From Bacteroidales bacterium (lineage in GTDB: Bacteria > Bacteroidota > Bacteroidia > Bacteroidales > UBA3824), in the NCBI GenBank assembly GCA_017412115.1, contig JAFPYR010000128.1:12679-76678 (forward strand): DNA of 64,000 bases. The letters run 5' to 3'. Shown one piece after another: positions 8,527 to 21,200 of the stretch; positions within the stretch are counted from its first letter, which is position 1, and each line of letters starts with the position of its first letter. The position numbers and the translations under genes are program-made. The notes below the pieces were generated by a model, which worked only from the letters and a program-made list of their open reading frames with translations, did no database searches and was not told the origin of the DNA.

Positions 8527-11157
8527 TTATAATTTTAGAACCGTTTGTGCCACATTGTCAATGACTTCAAAATCGGGTTCTTCCCAATCATCGGGATTGT
8601 CGGAGCCATCGTCGTCGTTTTCGGGAACATCGGGGTTGTGCTCAAATTTCATCGTTGCAACCGAATAAATGCTTACTCTTTTGCCGTGTGCACGATAACT
8701 CTTTTCTCCGATAAATTCCACAGCATCAATCGTTTCTTCGGGTCTGCCTTCGTTTTTGCCGCCGAATGTAACTTTCAAAATAGGATTTTGATCTACCGTT
8801 AAATCGTAAAGTTTGCTTTGCAGGCTGTCGCCTAACAAATATAATTCTTTGTCAGTATCCTCTATTTTGAAACGTTTTAAATAACAGAATCCCAAATCCT
8901 CGTCGTAATAAGCCAAAGAATAAATTTCTTCGGGATTGAATTTTCTGATTAAAATTATATCATCGTCGAAATGAGTGCTCAAATCATAACCTGTAACTCT
9001 GTAATGACCTGTTTTCCTAATAGTTACGATTTTGTCATCGCCCGAAAATTCACCCAAAAATTCACCTATTTCCTGCGTATTGAGTTTTGAAACCGAGGAA
9101 TCGAACCAAATCTTCAGTCCGCCTAACGTGCTGACACCATTTGTTACTTTGTTGATTCTCAAAACGGGATATTTCGTAACGATATTACCCATTGACGCAC
9201 GGTTTTTCACCGCTAACGTTCCGAAATCAAATTCCCAACTGCGTTTTTTGAGTTTGGCTTTCGGCCTTAAAATTACTTTTACGGTTTCGGCCTCGCCGTT
9301 GGAATTTCCCGAAAAATACGTTACCGTGGTCCCCGGAGTTCCTTGTGTTAAATCGTATTCTTTATCTCTTGTTATACCTTTAACAGAAAACCTTTTAGCG
9401 TATGTTATGCCCGTTGCGCCGTCGCGGTAAATAGCATTGTAAATCGTTCTTTCGTCGTTTTTGCGGAAAATATTGATGTACATTGCATCTTGTCCGATAA
9501 AAAACTTATCCGAAATTTTTGAAATCGTATATTTACCGTTTTTGCGGAAAACGATTACGTCGTCAAGGTTAGAACAGTTGCAAACAAATTCGTCTTTTTT
9601 GAGCGACATTCCTGCAAAACCGTCTTCCCAATTTACGTAAAGTTTTTCGTTAGCAACCACAACTTCTTGAGCCACAATGTTGTCAAAGTTTTTGATTTCG
9701 GTGTGGCGGGGATATTTTTTGCCGTATTTTTCTTTTATGCCTTGATAATATTCTATTGCATAATCAATTATATGGTCGAGTTTGTATTGAGCCTCTTCCA
9801 TTTGTTTTTCAAGGCCTTTGATATAATTATCGGCTCTAAAAGCGTCGTATTTGGATATTCTCTTGATTTTGAGTTCGGTAAGTCTTGTTATGTCGTCAAT
9901 TGTTACCGGCTTTTTGAGTAAGTGTTTAAACGGGTCTAACGCCGTGTCAATGGTTTGAACTATAGCCTCCCAAGTCTCGCAATCTTCAATCAGATTATAA
10001 ATATGGTTTTCGATGAAGATTTTTTCCAAAGATGCATCGTGCCAACTATCAGCGAGTTCGTTTAATAGGATATTAAGTTCCATTGTAAGCAGGCTCACCG
10101 TTTTGTCTACCGAATGTTTTAGGATTTCGGTTGATGACAAAAAACACGGTTTGTCATTGAGGATGACGCAGGAGTTAGCCGAAATTGAAACTTCGCAATC
10201 CGTGAAAGCATAAAGAGCGTCAATCGTAACATCGGGTGAAACGTCAGCGTTAAGATACAAGAGTATTTCAACGTCGGCAGCCGTTTTGTCTTCGATTTTT
10301 TTGATTTTGATTTTGCCTTTATCGTTAGCGGAAATAATGGATTCGATAAGACTTCCGGTCGTTGTTCCGAAAGGAATTTCCGTTATTGCGAGGACTCTTT
10401 TGTCTTGTTTTTCAATTTTAGCTCTAACGCGCAGTTTTCCGCCGCGTTTTCCGTCTTGATAACGTGAAACGTCAATAGAACCGCCTGTTAAAAAGTCGGG
10501 ATAAAGTTCAAATTCTTCGTTTCTGAGGTACGAAATCGAAGCGTCCATCAACTCGTTGAAGTTGTGGGGCAGAATTTTTGACGACAAACCTACGGCAATA
10601 CCTTCCACGCCTTGAGCCAAAAGCAAGGGAAATTTTACGGGGAGAGTTATCGGTTCTTTGTTTCTGCCGTCGTAACTTAATTTCCATTGAGTGGTTTTGG
10701 GATTGAAAACAACGTCTAAAGCGAGTTTAGAAAGTCTTGCTTCGATGTAACGGGGAGCCGCAGCCGAGTCACCGGTTAAAATATTTCCCCAGTTACCCTG
10801 CGTGTCAATCATTAAATCTTTTTGACCGAGTTGCACCAAAGCATCTCCGATAGAAGCATCTCCGTGCGGGTGATATTGCATTGTAAAACCGACGATGTTA
10901 GCAACTTTGTTGTAACGACCGTCGTCCAAACGTTTCATTGCATGGAGAATACGTCTTTGAACGGGTTTCAGACCGTCGTCTATTTCGGGGACTGCGCGTT
11001 CAAGGATAACGTAAGATGCGTAATCGATGAACCAGTTTTTGAACATTCCCGAAACTGATTTCAATTGCAAGTGGTTTTGAACACCGCCCGAGATTTTCTC
11101 GTCTGAATCATCGACGGTTTCCTTATTTTTATCTTCCGGATTTATATTTTCTGACAT
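8527..11157 (-). CDS. parC: DNA topoisomerase IV subunit A (Bacteroidota type)
   Basis: DYASYVILERAVP, DGLKPVQRRIL, YHPHGDASI, AAPRYIEARL. Confidence 0.92.
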   Translation of the reverse strand: MSENINPEDKNKETVDDSDEKISGGVQNHLQLKSVSGMFKNWFIDYASYVILERAVPEIDDGLKPVQRRILHAMKRLDDGRYNKVANIVGFTMQYHPHGDASIGDALVQLGQKDLMIDTQGNWGNILTGDSAAAPRYIEARLSKLALDVVFNPKTTQWKLSYDGRNKEPITLPVKFPLLLAQGVEGIAVGLSSKILPHNFNELMDASISYLRNEEFELYPDFLTGGSIDVSRYQDGKRGGKLRVRAKIEKQDKRVLAITEIPFGTTTGSLIESIISANDKGKIKIKKIEDKTAADVEILLYLNADVSPDVTIDALYAFTDCEVSISANSCVILNDKPCFLSSTEILKHSVDKTVSLLTMELNILLNELADSWHDASLEKIFIENHIYNLIEDCETWEAIVQTIDTALDPFKHLLKKPVTIDDITRLTELKIKRISKYDAFRADNYIKGLEKQMEEAQYKLDHIIDYAIEYYQGIKEKYGKKYPRHTEIKNFDNIVAQEVVVANEKLYVNWEDGFAGMSLKKDEFVCNCSNLDDVIVFRKNGKYTISKISDKFFIGQDAMYINIFRKNDERTIYNAIYRDGATGITYAKRFSVKGITRDKEYDLTQGTPGTTVTYFSGNSNGEAETVKVILRPKAKLKKRSWEFDFGTLAVKNRASMGNIVTKYPVLRINKVTNGVSTLGGLKIWFDSSVSKLNTQEIGEFLGEFSGDDKIVTIRKTGHYRVTGYDLSTHFDDDIILIRKFNPEEIYSLAYYDEDLGFCYLKRFKIEDTDKELYLLGDSLQSKLYDLTVDQNPILKVTFGGKNEGRPEETIDAVEFIGEKSYRAHGKRVSIYSVATMKFEHNPDVPENDDDGSDNPDDWEEPDFEVIDNVAQTVLKL

Positions 11158-11381
11158 AAAAATTACTCTAACTTTTTATTAATTTGCAAAAGTACAAACT
11201 TTTTTTTTATTTGCGAAAATATTTTTTGCGGGATTATATTTTTCTCTCCATAGTCGAAAAAAGAGAGGTGTTTTTTTAGGGTGATGAAAAAAAATAAAAA
11301 AAAGTATTTTTTTTGTTGTATTCCGAAATGCACTTTTTTCGTTTTTTTTACTAACTATCAAGGACAGTTTTTAAAAAAAAC

Positions 11382-12455
11382 TTAAACAACGTTTTTTTTA
11401 CCCTCTAAATATTCTCCGTAATAGGTTCTGACTAAACACGTAAAAGGTATTGCTACGATTAATCCCAAAAAGCCTAAAAGTTTGCCCCAAATACTCAGTG
11501 AAAGTAATATCATTGCCGGGTTCAGACCTGTGTGTTTGCCCATGAAATAGGGCGTAAGTATCAAATCCTGAATTATTTGAACAAATACAAAAACCGCTGC
11601 CGTCATAAAAATCGCTGCCCAAAGCGGAGTGTCAGTTTCAACGGATTTTATGACCGTTAAAAGTAGTGCCGGCAAAAAACCTGCAATCTGAAGATACGGC
11701 ACAAGGTTTAAAATTCCGACCAAAATTCCGAGTGTAATTCCGACCGGCAAACCGATAATTTTGAATCCTGAGGCATAAAGTATTGTAACACACAATACCA
11801 CAAGCAGTTGTCCACGAAAATAATTGCTCATTTCTTTCTGAAAACGTTTTATAAATGTATCAAAACGTTCTTTGTATTTTTGCGGAATAAGATTTTTTGC
11901 GCCAAGAGAAATCTCGTCATAATCTTTCATAATGAAAATTATGTACAAAACGATGATTGTCAGACCGAAAGCCGCTGAAATAACGTTTACTGTCCCGGAA
12001 AAAAATCCGGCAATTCTCGGCAAAATAATTTTTGAAACCATGTCGAAAATTTTGGATAAATTACCGTCCGCAAAATATTTTTCAATGTTTTCGTCAAACG
12101 TAAAATTTTTGATATAATCTCTTAAAAATTCGGGCAAATTTTCACTCCATTGTGTTGATGAGGTCTTTTCTTTCAGCAAGTCATAAAGAGAACTTATTTC
12201 CGAAATCATTGACGGAAAAATCAAAACCGATGCCCCGAAAACTACGGTAGATAAAAGCAAAAGTGTTACGATAACCGATAAAATGCGCTTTTTCAGGTAT
12301 TTGTTGAAAAAGTTTACTATCGGGTTGAGAATGTAGGCTATCATAAAAGCAATAGCAAACGGTAATAACACATTTCTTAAATAATAGATTATCAGCAGTG
12401 TAACAACCGTTAATGCGATTTTTAGCCAAATATTTTTTTCTATCGTTTTTAGCAT
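11382..12455 (-). CDS. AI-2E (PerM-like) family transporter
   Basis: Multi-pass membrane protein with YFRGQ, NLVPYL and GLNP..ILLSLSIWGKLLGFLGLIVAIP; start set at MLKTIEK, after the -7 element at 12476-12483. Confidence 0.88.
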   Translation of the reverse strand: MLKTIEKNIWLKIALTVVTLLIIYYLRNVLLPFAIAFMIAYILNPIVNFFNKYLKKRILSVIVTLLLLSTVVFGASVLIFPSMISEISSLYDLLKEKTSSTQWSENLPEFLRDYIKNFTFDENIEKYFADGNLSKIFDMVSKIILPRIAGFFSGTVNVISAAFGLTIIVLYIIFIMKDYDEISLGAKNLIPQKYKERFDTFIKRFQKEMSNYFRGQLLVVLCVTILYASGFKIIGLPVGITLGILVGILNLVPYLQIAGFLPALLLTVIKSVETDTPLWAAIFMTAAVFVFVQIIQDLILTPYFMGKHTGLNPAMILLSLSIWGKLLGFLGLIVAIPFTCLVRTYYGEYLEGKKNVV

Positions 12456-12611
12456 TTTTTTTAGTTTTTTTACCACAAAAGTACAAAAAAAAATCAAAAA
12501 AATCTGCGAAAATCATAATTGACGGCAATGGTACATACGAGACAACGATTGAAGTTTATCCGAATCCAACGCCCCCTAAAATAATTGAAGAATAGTATAT
12601 TTTTAGGAATT

Positions 12612-13667
12612 TTAAACAGAATTTTTTAAAAATTCCATCGTATCAACACCGTCGGCAAAGTCAAAAACACTCGGAGTTTGTGCCGAACCTAATTTTACGG
12701 TTTCAACGTTAGAAATTTGAGTTTTTGAAACAACGCATTGCAAATTTTCCCTCAAAAGTATTAATTTTTTTGATAATTCTTCAAGATTTTCATAACGTTC
12801 GGCAAACAAAACTCCGACCGGCGAAGACAAATTTTCGTCTTCTTTCAAAATCAAGAAGTTATTAATCAGAATTTTGTTTTCTGCCATCAAATATATCGCT
12901 TTGTTATAATCATAATTATCAGCGTATTTTGAATTGTTGATTACAAACGAAAAATCTACAATATTTTTGAAAAACTCTTGATAATCATAATCTTTAGGAA
13001 CAAAAATTTTTGAAACGCTCCGACAGCCCAAACCGTAATACGCAAAAATATCTTCTGCCAAAAGTTTGTAATCTTCCGCCATTTCTTCTCCTGAGATAAC
13101 GGCTACGGAATTTCTGTTGCGCCTTATGATGTGAGGATATTTTGAAAAATAATATTCAAAATAGCGGCTTGAATTATTGCTTCCCGTTGCAATTATCGCA
13201 TCAAAACTTTGTTTTTCATCTTTTTCTTCGATGATTCTATCTGTTAATTCAGGATTGATGTGTTTTAAAATTTCCGTTACCAAATAGGGTAGGAGTTTAT
13301 CTTTTTGAGAAAATTTTATAACGCATTTTTTACCCGAAAACAATATGCAAAAAATATCATGAAAACAAACCAAAGGAATGTTTCCCGCCGCAATTATTTT
13401 TACTTTTTTCTTAGAAAGAGTTCCTTGTCCGTATTTCACTTCAAATGCTGTTAAATCTTTTTCGTTCAGCATATTAGCGAGTGAAATAAGCTGCATTTTA
13501 ACGAACTTTTCTTCAAACCAGCCGTTATAATTGTGATAATCTTTTATGATGTTTTTTAAGTTTTCGACGTCGTTTTTGTAAGGCAATAAATCCTCTGACA
13601 AAACACCGTTTTCCTCAACCGAAGCCTTAAAAATTTTTCCCAAGGTTATAAAAGTTTCTTTAAACAT
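12612..13667 (-). CDS. LuxC-like acyl-CoA reductase
   Basis: IAAGNIPLVCFHD, IATGSNNSSRYFEYYF, GLGCRSVSK, DFADGVDTMEFL. Confidence 0.88.
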   Translation of the reverse strand: MFKETFITLGKIFKASVEENGVLSEDLLPYKNDVENLKNIIKDYHNYNGWFEEKFVKMQLISLANMLNEKDLTAFEVKYGQGTLSKKKVKIIAAGNIPLVCFHDIFCILFSGKKCVIKFSQKDKLLPYLVTEILKHINPELTDRIIEEKDEKQSFDAIIATGSNNSSRYFEYYFSKYPHIIRRNRNSVAVISGEEMAEDYKLLAEDIFAYYGLGCRSVSKIFVPKDYDYQEFFKNIVDFSFVINNSKYADNYDYNKAIYLMAENKILINNFLILKEDENLSSPVGVLFAERYENLEELSKKLILLRENLQCVVSKTQISNVETVKLGSAQTPSVFDFADGVDTMEFLKNSV

Positions 13668-13675
13668 AACTCCTT

Positions 13676-15181
13676 TTAATTTTTTTTAGGTTTACTAATT
13701 AAAAACAATCCCAAAACCGTAATCAAGGCATTGTAAAGCAAAAGTTCGTATCCCATTTTGTAACCCGAAAACCACTGCATAGAATTAAGGCTCAAAACAA
13801 GACATATCACCGGCGACAAAATACAAACCACTGGCACAAATTTATCCTTAACCTGTTTTTTGGAATAAAGTCCGAACAAATAAAGCCCGAGCAAAGGTCC
13901 GTAAGTATAACTTGCTACAACATAAACTGCATCAATTACGCTGTTGTCGCCGATTAACGAAAACATACAAATCAAAACGCCCATCACAACGGTATTAATA
14001 ATATGAACGTAAAAACGCGTTTTTGAAAGTTGTTCTTCGTCTTGCTTTTTGTCTGCACGCAAAATGTCTATTGTAACGGAAGTCGTTAGAGCTGTAACGG
14101 CACTTCCTGCTGAAGAAAAAGCCGCCGCTATCAATCCGATTACAAACAAAACACCTACAATCTGCGGCAAAAACAAATTTCCATCAAGATTAGTACCCGT
14201 TGCAAGATACGGAAAAAGTTCGTCAGCTTTTAATGGATTACCGTTAATATCGCTTAAAACACCGTCAGAAAACATTCCCAAACTTCCGGCGTATTGATAA
14301 AGTAAAACTCCCAAAGCCAAAAACAACAGATTAACAGGGAAAAAACTGAACCCGTAACTAACAACGTTTTTTTGCGCTTCTTTCAAATTTTTACAACTGA
14401 GATTTTTCTGCATCATGTCTTGATCCAAACCTGTCATGGCTATTGTCGTAAACATTCCCGCAAAAAACTGTTTGAAGAAATATTGTTTAGAATTAATATC
14501 GTCAAAATACCAAAGCCTTGACATATCGGAATTTATAACGGCAGAACACATTGAGGAAAAATCCAAATTCATGGCTTTTCCAACGTAATAAATACACAAA
14601 ACAACGGCTGCAATCAGTGATAAAGTTTGAATCATATCCGTCCAAACAAGCGTTTTGACTCCGCCTCTAAAAGTATAAAGCCAAACAATCAGCATCGTAA
14701 CGGCGACATTCAGCCAAAACGGTATGCCCAAAGAGTTAAAAATTATCAGTTGAAGAACAAGTGCCGTAAGATACATTCTCACGCCGCAGCCCAAAAACTT
14801 GGAAATCAGAAAGAAAATTGCACCTATTTTGTAACTTGAATTTCCGAATCTTTGGTCCAAATATGTATAAATTGAGTTTAAATTCAGCTTGTAATAAAGC
14901 GGCAACAACACGTATGCAATCGCAAAATATCCGGCAACAAAGCCTAACGCCATTTGCAAATATCCAAAGCCCGAAAACTGAACCATGCCGGGAACGGAAA
15001 TAAATGTTACCCCTGAAATCGAGGTTCCAACCATCGCAATGGCTACAACATACCATGGGGATTTTTTTGAACCCGAAAAAAAATCTTTGTTATTACTGCT
15101 TTTTCTCGTTGTTAAATGACTGATAAACAATATAATTGCAAAATACACTGCAATTATAGTCAATACCAAAACCGATGACAT
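13676..15181 (-). CDS. Sodium:solute symporter family protein
   Basis: SPWYVVAIAMVGTSISGVTFISVPG, GGVKTLVWTD, GLDQDMMQKNLSC; start MSSVL, after the -7 element at 15214-15221. Confidence 0.92.
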   Translation of the reverse strand: MSSVLVLTIIAVYFAIILFISHLTTRKSSNNKDFFSGSKKSPWYVVAIAMVGTSISGVTFISVPGMVQFSGFGYLQMALGFVAGYFAIAYVLLPLYYKLNLNSIYTYLDQRFGNSSYKIGAIFFLISKFLGCGVRMYLTALVLQLIIFNSLGIPFWLNVAVTMLIVWLYTFRGGVKTLVWTDMIQTLSLIAAVVLCIYYVGKAMNLDFSSMCSAVINSDMSRLWYFDDINSKQYFFKQFFAGMFTTIAMTGLDQDMMQKNLSCKNLKEAQKNVVSYGFSFFPVNLLFLALGVLLYQYAGSLGMFSDGVLSDINGNPLKADELFPYLATGTNLDGNLFLPQIVGVLFVIGLIAAAFSSAGSAVTALTTSVTIDILRADKKQDEEQLSKTRFYVHIINTVVMGVLICMFSLIGDNSVIDAVYVVASYTYGPLLGLYLFGLYSKKQVKDKFVPVVCILSPVICLVLSLNSMQWFSGYKMGYELLLYNALITVLGLFLISKPKKN

Positions 15182-15254
15182 TTTTTTTATATTTCTTTTA
15201 TAATAATTCGCAGCAAAGTTAAGACTTTTTTTCAAGAAAAGCAAATCACCGTGC

Positions 15255-18200
15255 TCATTCTGCGATTATCTTGAAATTCAAAGTCTTTACGCCGTTCCAA
15301 AAGACAGTACCGTTGTAAAAACCGTCTTTCAAAACAATGGAATTAATTTTTTTAACCTCAGAAATTCTGTTGACAACAATACCGAGTTGGTTGTAAATTA
15401 CAATTTCAGCATTAGAAAAATCATCATCCGAAAAATTTTCTAATTCGATATAAATAGGCTGATTGCTTACCGCCGGATTAGGATACGTTCTGACTGAAGC
15501 CGCCTTTTTTTTCGCAATTTGCTCTACTATGAAATCATCACTGGGACAAACTCGAAAACGGAGGCTGTCAATATTTAAAACTGAAGCCAAATATATATGC
15601 TCTTTGCCGTCGTTAAGATAAGGCAGCAAATCTATGAACTGTTTGTTCTCGCCTAAAATCTCCACACCGTCCATATACCATTTGTATTCACCGTCCAAAA
15701 ATTGTCCGTCAAAATTATCCAAAGCCAAAACATCGTCATAAAGACGGATATTTCTTTCTGAAGGGTAATCGGCTGGGAAAATCATTGTATTCTCAAACAT
15801 GTAATCGTCTTTGAAAAATTTCACGGGAATTTTTTCGTCGCCACCGCTCAATGTGCCTTCTGGAACAGTAAACTTTATGCCCTCGTAAGGAACTTCCTTA
15901 TTAATGTTCAATTTGTCTATCGAAATATAATCGACCATGGAATACCTTTTATCAAAGTCCATGTTCATAAGCAAAACATCACCACGACAAAACGACTTTA
16001 TTGTTGTGTCTGCTTCCATTACAAACGAATATTTAGAAGGCATAACCTCGTATTTGACCTCAAGGATAATTTTCATTGTTTGCGATTCGTAATCCGCAGG
16101 TTTTAAGTCTGACTCCCAACCATTAGAATCACCAAGCGGATTTATGTGAACCAAAATCGTATCGTTACCCGGCAAAAGTGTTTTAAGATACTCTTTGTTG
16201 ATTTTTATAGCGTTGTCAGTTTCAAGAAAATTCAAGTTAAGACCGTTCTTTTCTGTTATCGCACCTATTGTATTGCCCTCAAGCGAAATTGAAAAAGTTT
16301 GATCCTCAATCATTTCCGATGAATAATAGATAGGGGCAGAAGTGATTTCGTTTCCCAAGTTTTCAGCAAACTTGCTGTCGTTGAACACGGAAAACCACGC
16401 AGAATATGTCTGTGTCGTGTTGCCTGCCACATCTTTTGAACGAAAATAAACACTACTTTTCCCGTATGGAAGTGTTATATTTTGGTCAAAATCATTAAAA
16501 CTTACGCCGTCAAGACTATATTGAATATTTTCAACACCGCTTGTTTCATCCTCAGCAGAAACACTAAAAGCTGCTCCGAGGCGCAAATAATAGTTTTTCG
16601 GTTCGTCAATGCTCAAATCAATATCATAATCACCTACCTGTACAGAAATCTCTGGCGGGTTCTTGTCGATCCTTACAACATAGGATTCTTTTGCAATTAT
16701 ATTGTCGGAATCAAGTATTTTACATACTGCATTATTTTCGCCTTCTTGGGTGATTGTGTTGTTTTGAGAATCATTAATTGTCAATATCCAATTGTTGTCG
16801 TTGTCGGGACACGTGAAAACAACATCTTCTTTGTACCATTTGTCTTCGTCGAAAAAATTTTCAAATGGGTCGATGATAGTAATTTCTATTTGGTAATTAT
16901 TAGAAGTTAGCGTACAAACATCTCCTTTTGCTACATTGTTGGTGGTAACAATGCGATTGTTGGAAACAGAAACTTCGCTATTGTCGGAAGTGAAATTGAT
17001 TGTTAGATTGGAAGCAAAAGGAAGATTTGCAGAGGCATTTTTGCCCAATTTCATGGTATAAAATTCTTTTGTTGAGGAATAAAATTCTGCTCTATCTGCT
17101 TTTACTTTATACGTATAAACTCCTTCTGAATTTGGAGTCAAAGGGAATTGCTCGGTATCATCGCCCAACGTATAATATACATTGCTTGATGCGTAACCAT
17201 CTGAAATTTTAAACTGAACTTCAGAATCATATTCAAATAAATCATCGTCGTTGTTTGCAGTAATATATTCAAAATGATCTGGCAAAATTATCCTAAATTT
17301 ATCCTTCATCCACTGAGCATAAAGATTTATATCTTCATTTACAGCGTAATTACCATAACCATACTCATCAGGATCGTCTGTAACAGTCCATTTCAATAAA
17401 TAATGCCCTTCTTTTTCAGGTTCTGGATATTGGTCGTCGGAAAGTTTTTCGCCATGAGGCACTTCTACCGAAGAGAGAAATTTAGTACCGTTGTAAAAAC
17501 TTACAGTATGATTTACAATCGACCAGTGCATTTGATAAATTCTGTTGCCCTCATCGCCTGCTGCGATTGTCAAAGTTGAAGACGAGCCGCCGTCGTATGC
17601 GCCTGTCGGCGAAACACGTGTCCAATACAAAAACTTATAACCGTCTCTTTCAGGGTTGGGAATAGTAACATCAACAGAGCCGTTGAAAGTTGACGGTTCA
17701 TACGACTGATATTCATTAGGCTTGTCAGCCCATTGATAAAATATTTTGTAATCGCCGGTGGTTAATAAGCCGCCTGCGTTAGCGTGGGCATATTCATACG
17801 TTAATTTGGTAGTAGAATATACTGTACCGTCATTACCTATAAGTTCTTGGGTTCCAGTAAATATATCAACATTTGCATTTCCCGCATCCCATTTCGGACC
17901 TACCAGTATAGTTGTTAGTTTCGTACAAGCCCAAAACATAGAACTCATCCACCAGTCTGTGCCTTTTGCTTTTTGCGTATCAAAACTGCTTATATCAAGA
18001 ACCGTGAGTTCTCTACATGACTGGAACATATAAACCATATACTTTACATTCGCCGTGTTGAATGTTCTTAAATCAAGTTTTTTCAGTTTTTTACAACTGC
18101 CAAACATACTCCGCATATCCGTAACATTTTCAGTATGGAGATTTTCTAAGTTCTCTATGGTGGTTAAATTTTCAAAACCGTCAAACCAATAATAACACGA

Positions 18201-21200
18201 AGTCGGAGTGATTGTGCTTGCAAAAACAACCGTTTCAATCATTGTTTTTGCTGTTTCCCAAGCGGGTTTCGTATTTTCTCCGTTCAAATCAAAATAATTT
18301 ACGCCTTCGGGTTTTGCGCCGTGAGTAAAGGTAAGTGTTTTGCTGTCGGACGACAGATATGCGTAATCTTGAATTACCGCCCAATTCATCACATAAATTC
18401 TGTTTCCAATATCGCCTGCTGCGATTGTCAAATTTGCTGACGATTCGCCAATTTGTTCGCCGCTTACCGAAACTTGTGTCCAATACAAAAACTGATAACC
18501 CTCTCTGTCATTAGGTGGGTCAATAGTTAAAGGCGTTATACTACTATTATATGTTGACGGAGTATACTGCGTTTTATAACCGTCTTCGTCAGCCCATTTA
18601 TAGAAAATCTTGTAATCGTCTTTTGTAAGATAGCCGCCAGCGTCGGCGTGGGCGTTGGTTTTGTCAACTTTGCTTGCATCGTATGTCGTTCCGTCGTTGC
18701 CGATAATTTCGTTACAGTTCACAAACATATTCTGTGAGGAAGTAACTGACGAAATGTTCTCTTGTGTCCAATCAGAACCAACAAGTATTGTTATAAGGTG
18801 CTTACACTCGGAGAACATGCCGCTCATATTCTCAACATTTTTCGGATTAAAATTTCGGATATTAACTCGTGTCAAAGTACTGCAATTAGTGAATGTAAAT
18901 TGCATAGTCTCCACTAAATCCGTATTAAAACTGCTTAAATCAAGAGTTATTAGTTTTATGCAATCATAAAACATACTTCGCATAGATTTGAGGTTTCTTG
19001 TGACGAAATGACTCAAATCAATACTTTCAAGGTTTCTGCATTTGTCAAACATTGACCGCATCGTTGTAACCTCAGAAGTGTTGAAATTTTCTATTCCGAC
19101 AAATTCTTTAAGGTTTTCAAATTCTTTGAACCAACAATAGCACGAAGTCGGTCGTGCCTCAGCAAATGAAGCATCAAAAACGACCTTTGTAATATTTTTT
19201 CTGTTATCATACCAACCCGGATTAGTAGTTTCTCCGTCATACAATTCATACGCCCCGTCTGGTTTATCACCATATTTAAAAGTCAGCGTTTTGTTGTCGG
19301 AAGATAGTTCTGCATACGGTTGTGGCACTCTCCAATGCATAACATAAATTTTGTTTCCTAAATCGCCGGCAGAAATTGTCAAATTTGTTGACGACTCGCC
19401 GATTTGTGTACCTTTTGCCGAAACTTGTGTCCAATACAAAAAGGGATACTCCCTGTCTGAGGGGTTGTTTATTGTAACGGCAGTCGTGCCGTTAAAAGTT
19501 GACGGAGTGTATTGCGTCTGATATGCGCCCGTTTTGTCGTCAGCCCATTTATAAAAAATCTTATAATCGTCTTTCGTTAAGAAGCCGCCTGCCTCGGCGT
19601 TGGCGTGGGAGAGAGCAACATCAGATTCTTCATCATAAGGGGCGATTGTACCGTCGTTGCCGATAAGACTGGGACAATTCATAAACATATGACCTCTCGT
19701 CGTAACCGCATCAGTATTCCAATTATCACCTATCAAAACAGTTGTAAGTTTCTTACACCCTGCAAACATATGTCCCACATCCGTAACCATTTCGGTATTG
19801 AACCCGCGTAAATCAAGAACGGTAAGGTTTTCACAATTGTAGAACATTGCACCCATCTTAGTAACTATATCCGTCTTGAACCCGCTTAAATCAAGAGCAG
19901 TAAGGTTTTTACAATCACGAAACATCCAATTCATTTTCGTAACCTTTTCGGTATTAAGATATTCTTTCATTCCTACAATCTCGGACAAATTGCTAAGACC
20001 ATAAAACCACTCACTACACTGAGTCGGTCTTGCATATTGGAAAGTCTCATCAAAAACTACTTTTGTGATATTGGTATTTTGTTTCCAACCGACCGAACTC
20101 AAACTATACGCCCCGTCGGGTATACTCTCTCCGCATTTGAAAGTAAGGGTTTTGCTGTCGTCTGAAAGTACCACATAAGGCTGCACCACAACCCACTGTG
20201 CCTTATACCATCTGTTGCCGGCATCCGCAGCAACAGTTACATTGGTAGCAGTAGAAGACTCAAAAGTTGTAGAAGTCAATTGACGTGTCCAGCCCAAAAA
20301 CTGAGAACCCGTTTTAGTGGGTTCGGGCAAGGTAACCTCTGATGTTACATTTATCACAGTGCCGTCGGTAAGCGTTCCGCCGTCAGGATTCAAGAACACT
20401 TTATAATTATCAGAAGTAAGATAGCCGGTGCTTAAAGTGTTGGCGTTGGTTTTATTGATTGTTGAGCCAATCCATACACCTTCGTTACCGATAAGAGCAG
20501 TACACTTCGAGAACATCTCTGCATGGGAAGCAACACTGCTAACATCCCAATCTGAACCGACTTTGATTGCTGTAAGATTCTTGCATTCGTAGAACATATC
20601 AGCCATATCCGTGGCACTTTTCGTATTAAAACCGCTTATGTCGAGACTTGTAAGACCATAGCAATATGCAAACATATAACGCATACCCGTAACATTTTCT
20701 GTATTAAAAACGCCGCCAACATTAAGACTTGAAAGTTTGGTACAATTAGAGAACATAAATTCCATATTTGTAACATTTCCCGTATTGAAGTTGCTTACAT
20801 TTAAACTTATAAGACTGCGGCAATCTGCAAACATATGATTCATACTCTCGACTTTTCTCGTGTCGAAACCACTCACGTCGATACTTGTAAGTTTAGAGCA
20901 ATAAGAAAACATAGCTGCCATATTTGTAACCTCAGAGGTATTGAGATATTCTTTCATACCAACGATTTCGGTTAAGTTTGTCATGTGATCAAACCAAGAA
21001 TAACACGAAGTCGGGCGAGCATCTTTGAAACTTTCGTCAAAAATTACTTCGGTAACATTTGCAACATCATCTTTCCATGCAGGATTGTCGTTCTCATTCA
21101 AATCGTATGCCCCATCTGGTTTTATGCCGTATTTGAAAGTAAATGTTGTGCCGTCAGCAGAAAGTTCGGCGTAAGGCACATCTTGAGCATTAACTATACT

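Noticed and set aside
12612-13667. LuxC-like gene as a sign of bioluminescence
   Set aside because: No luxAB, luxD or luxE nearby; this reductase family is widespread in Bacteroidota
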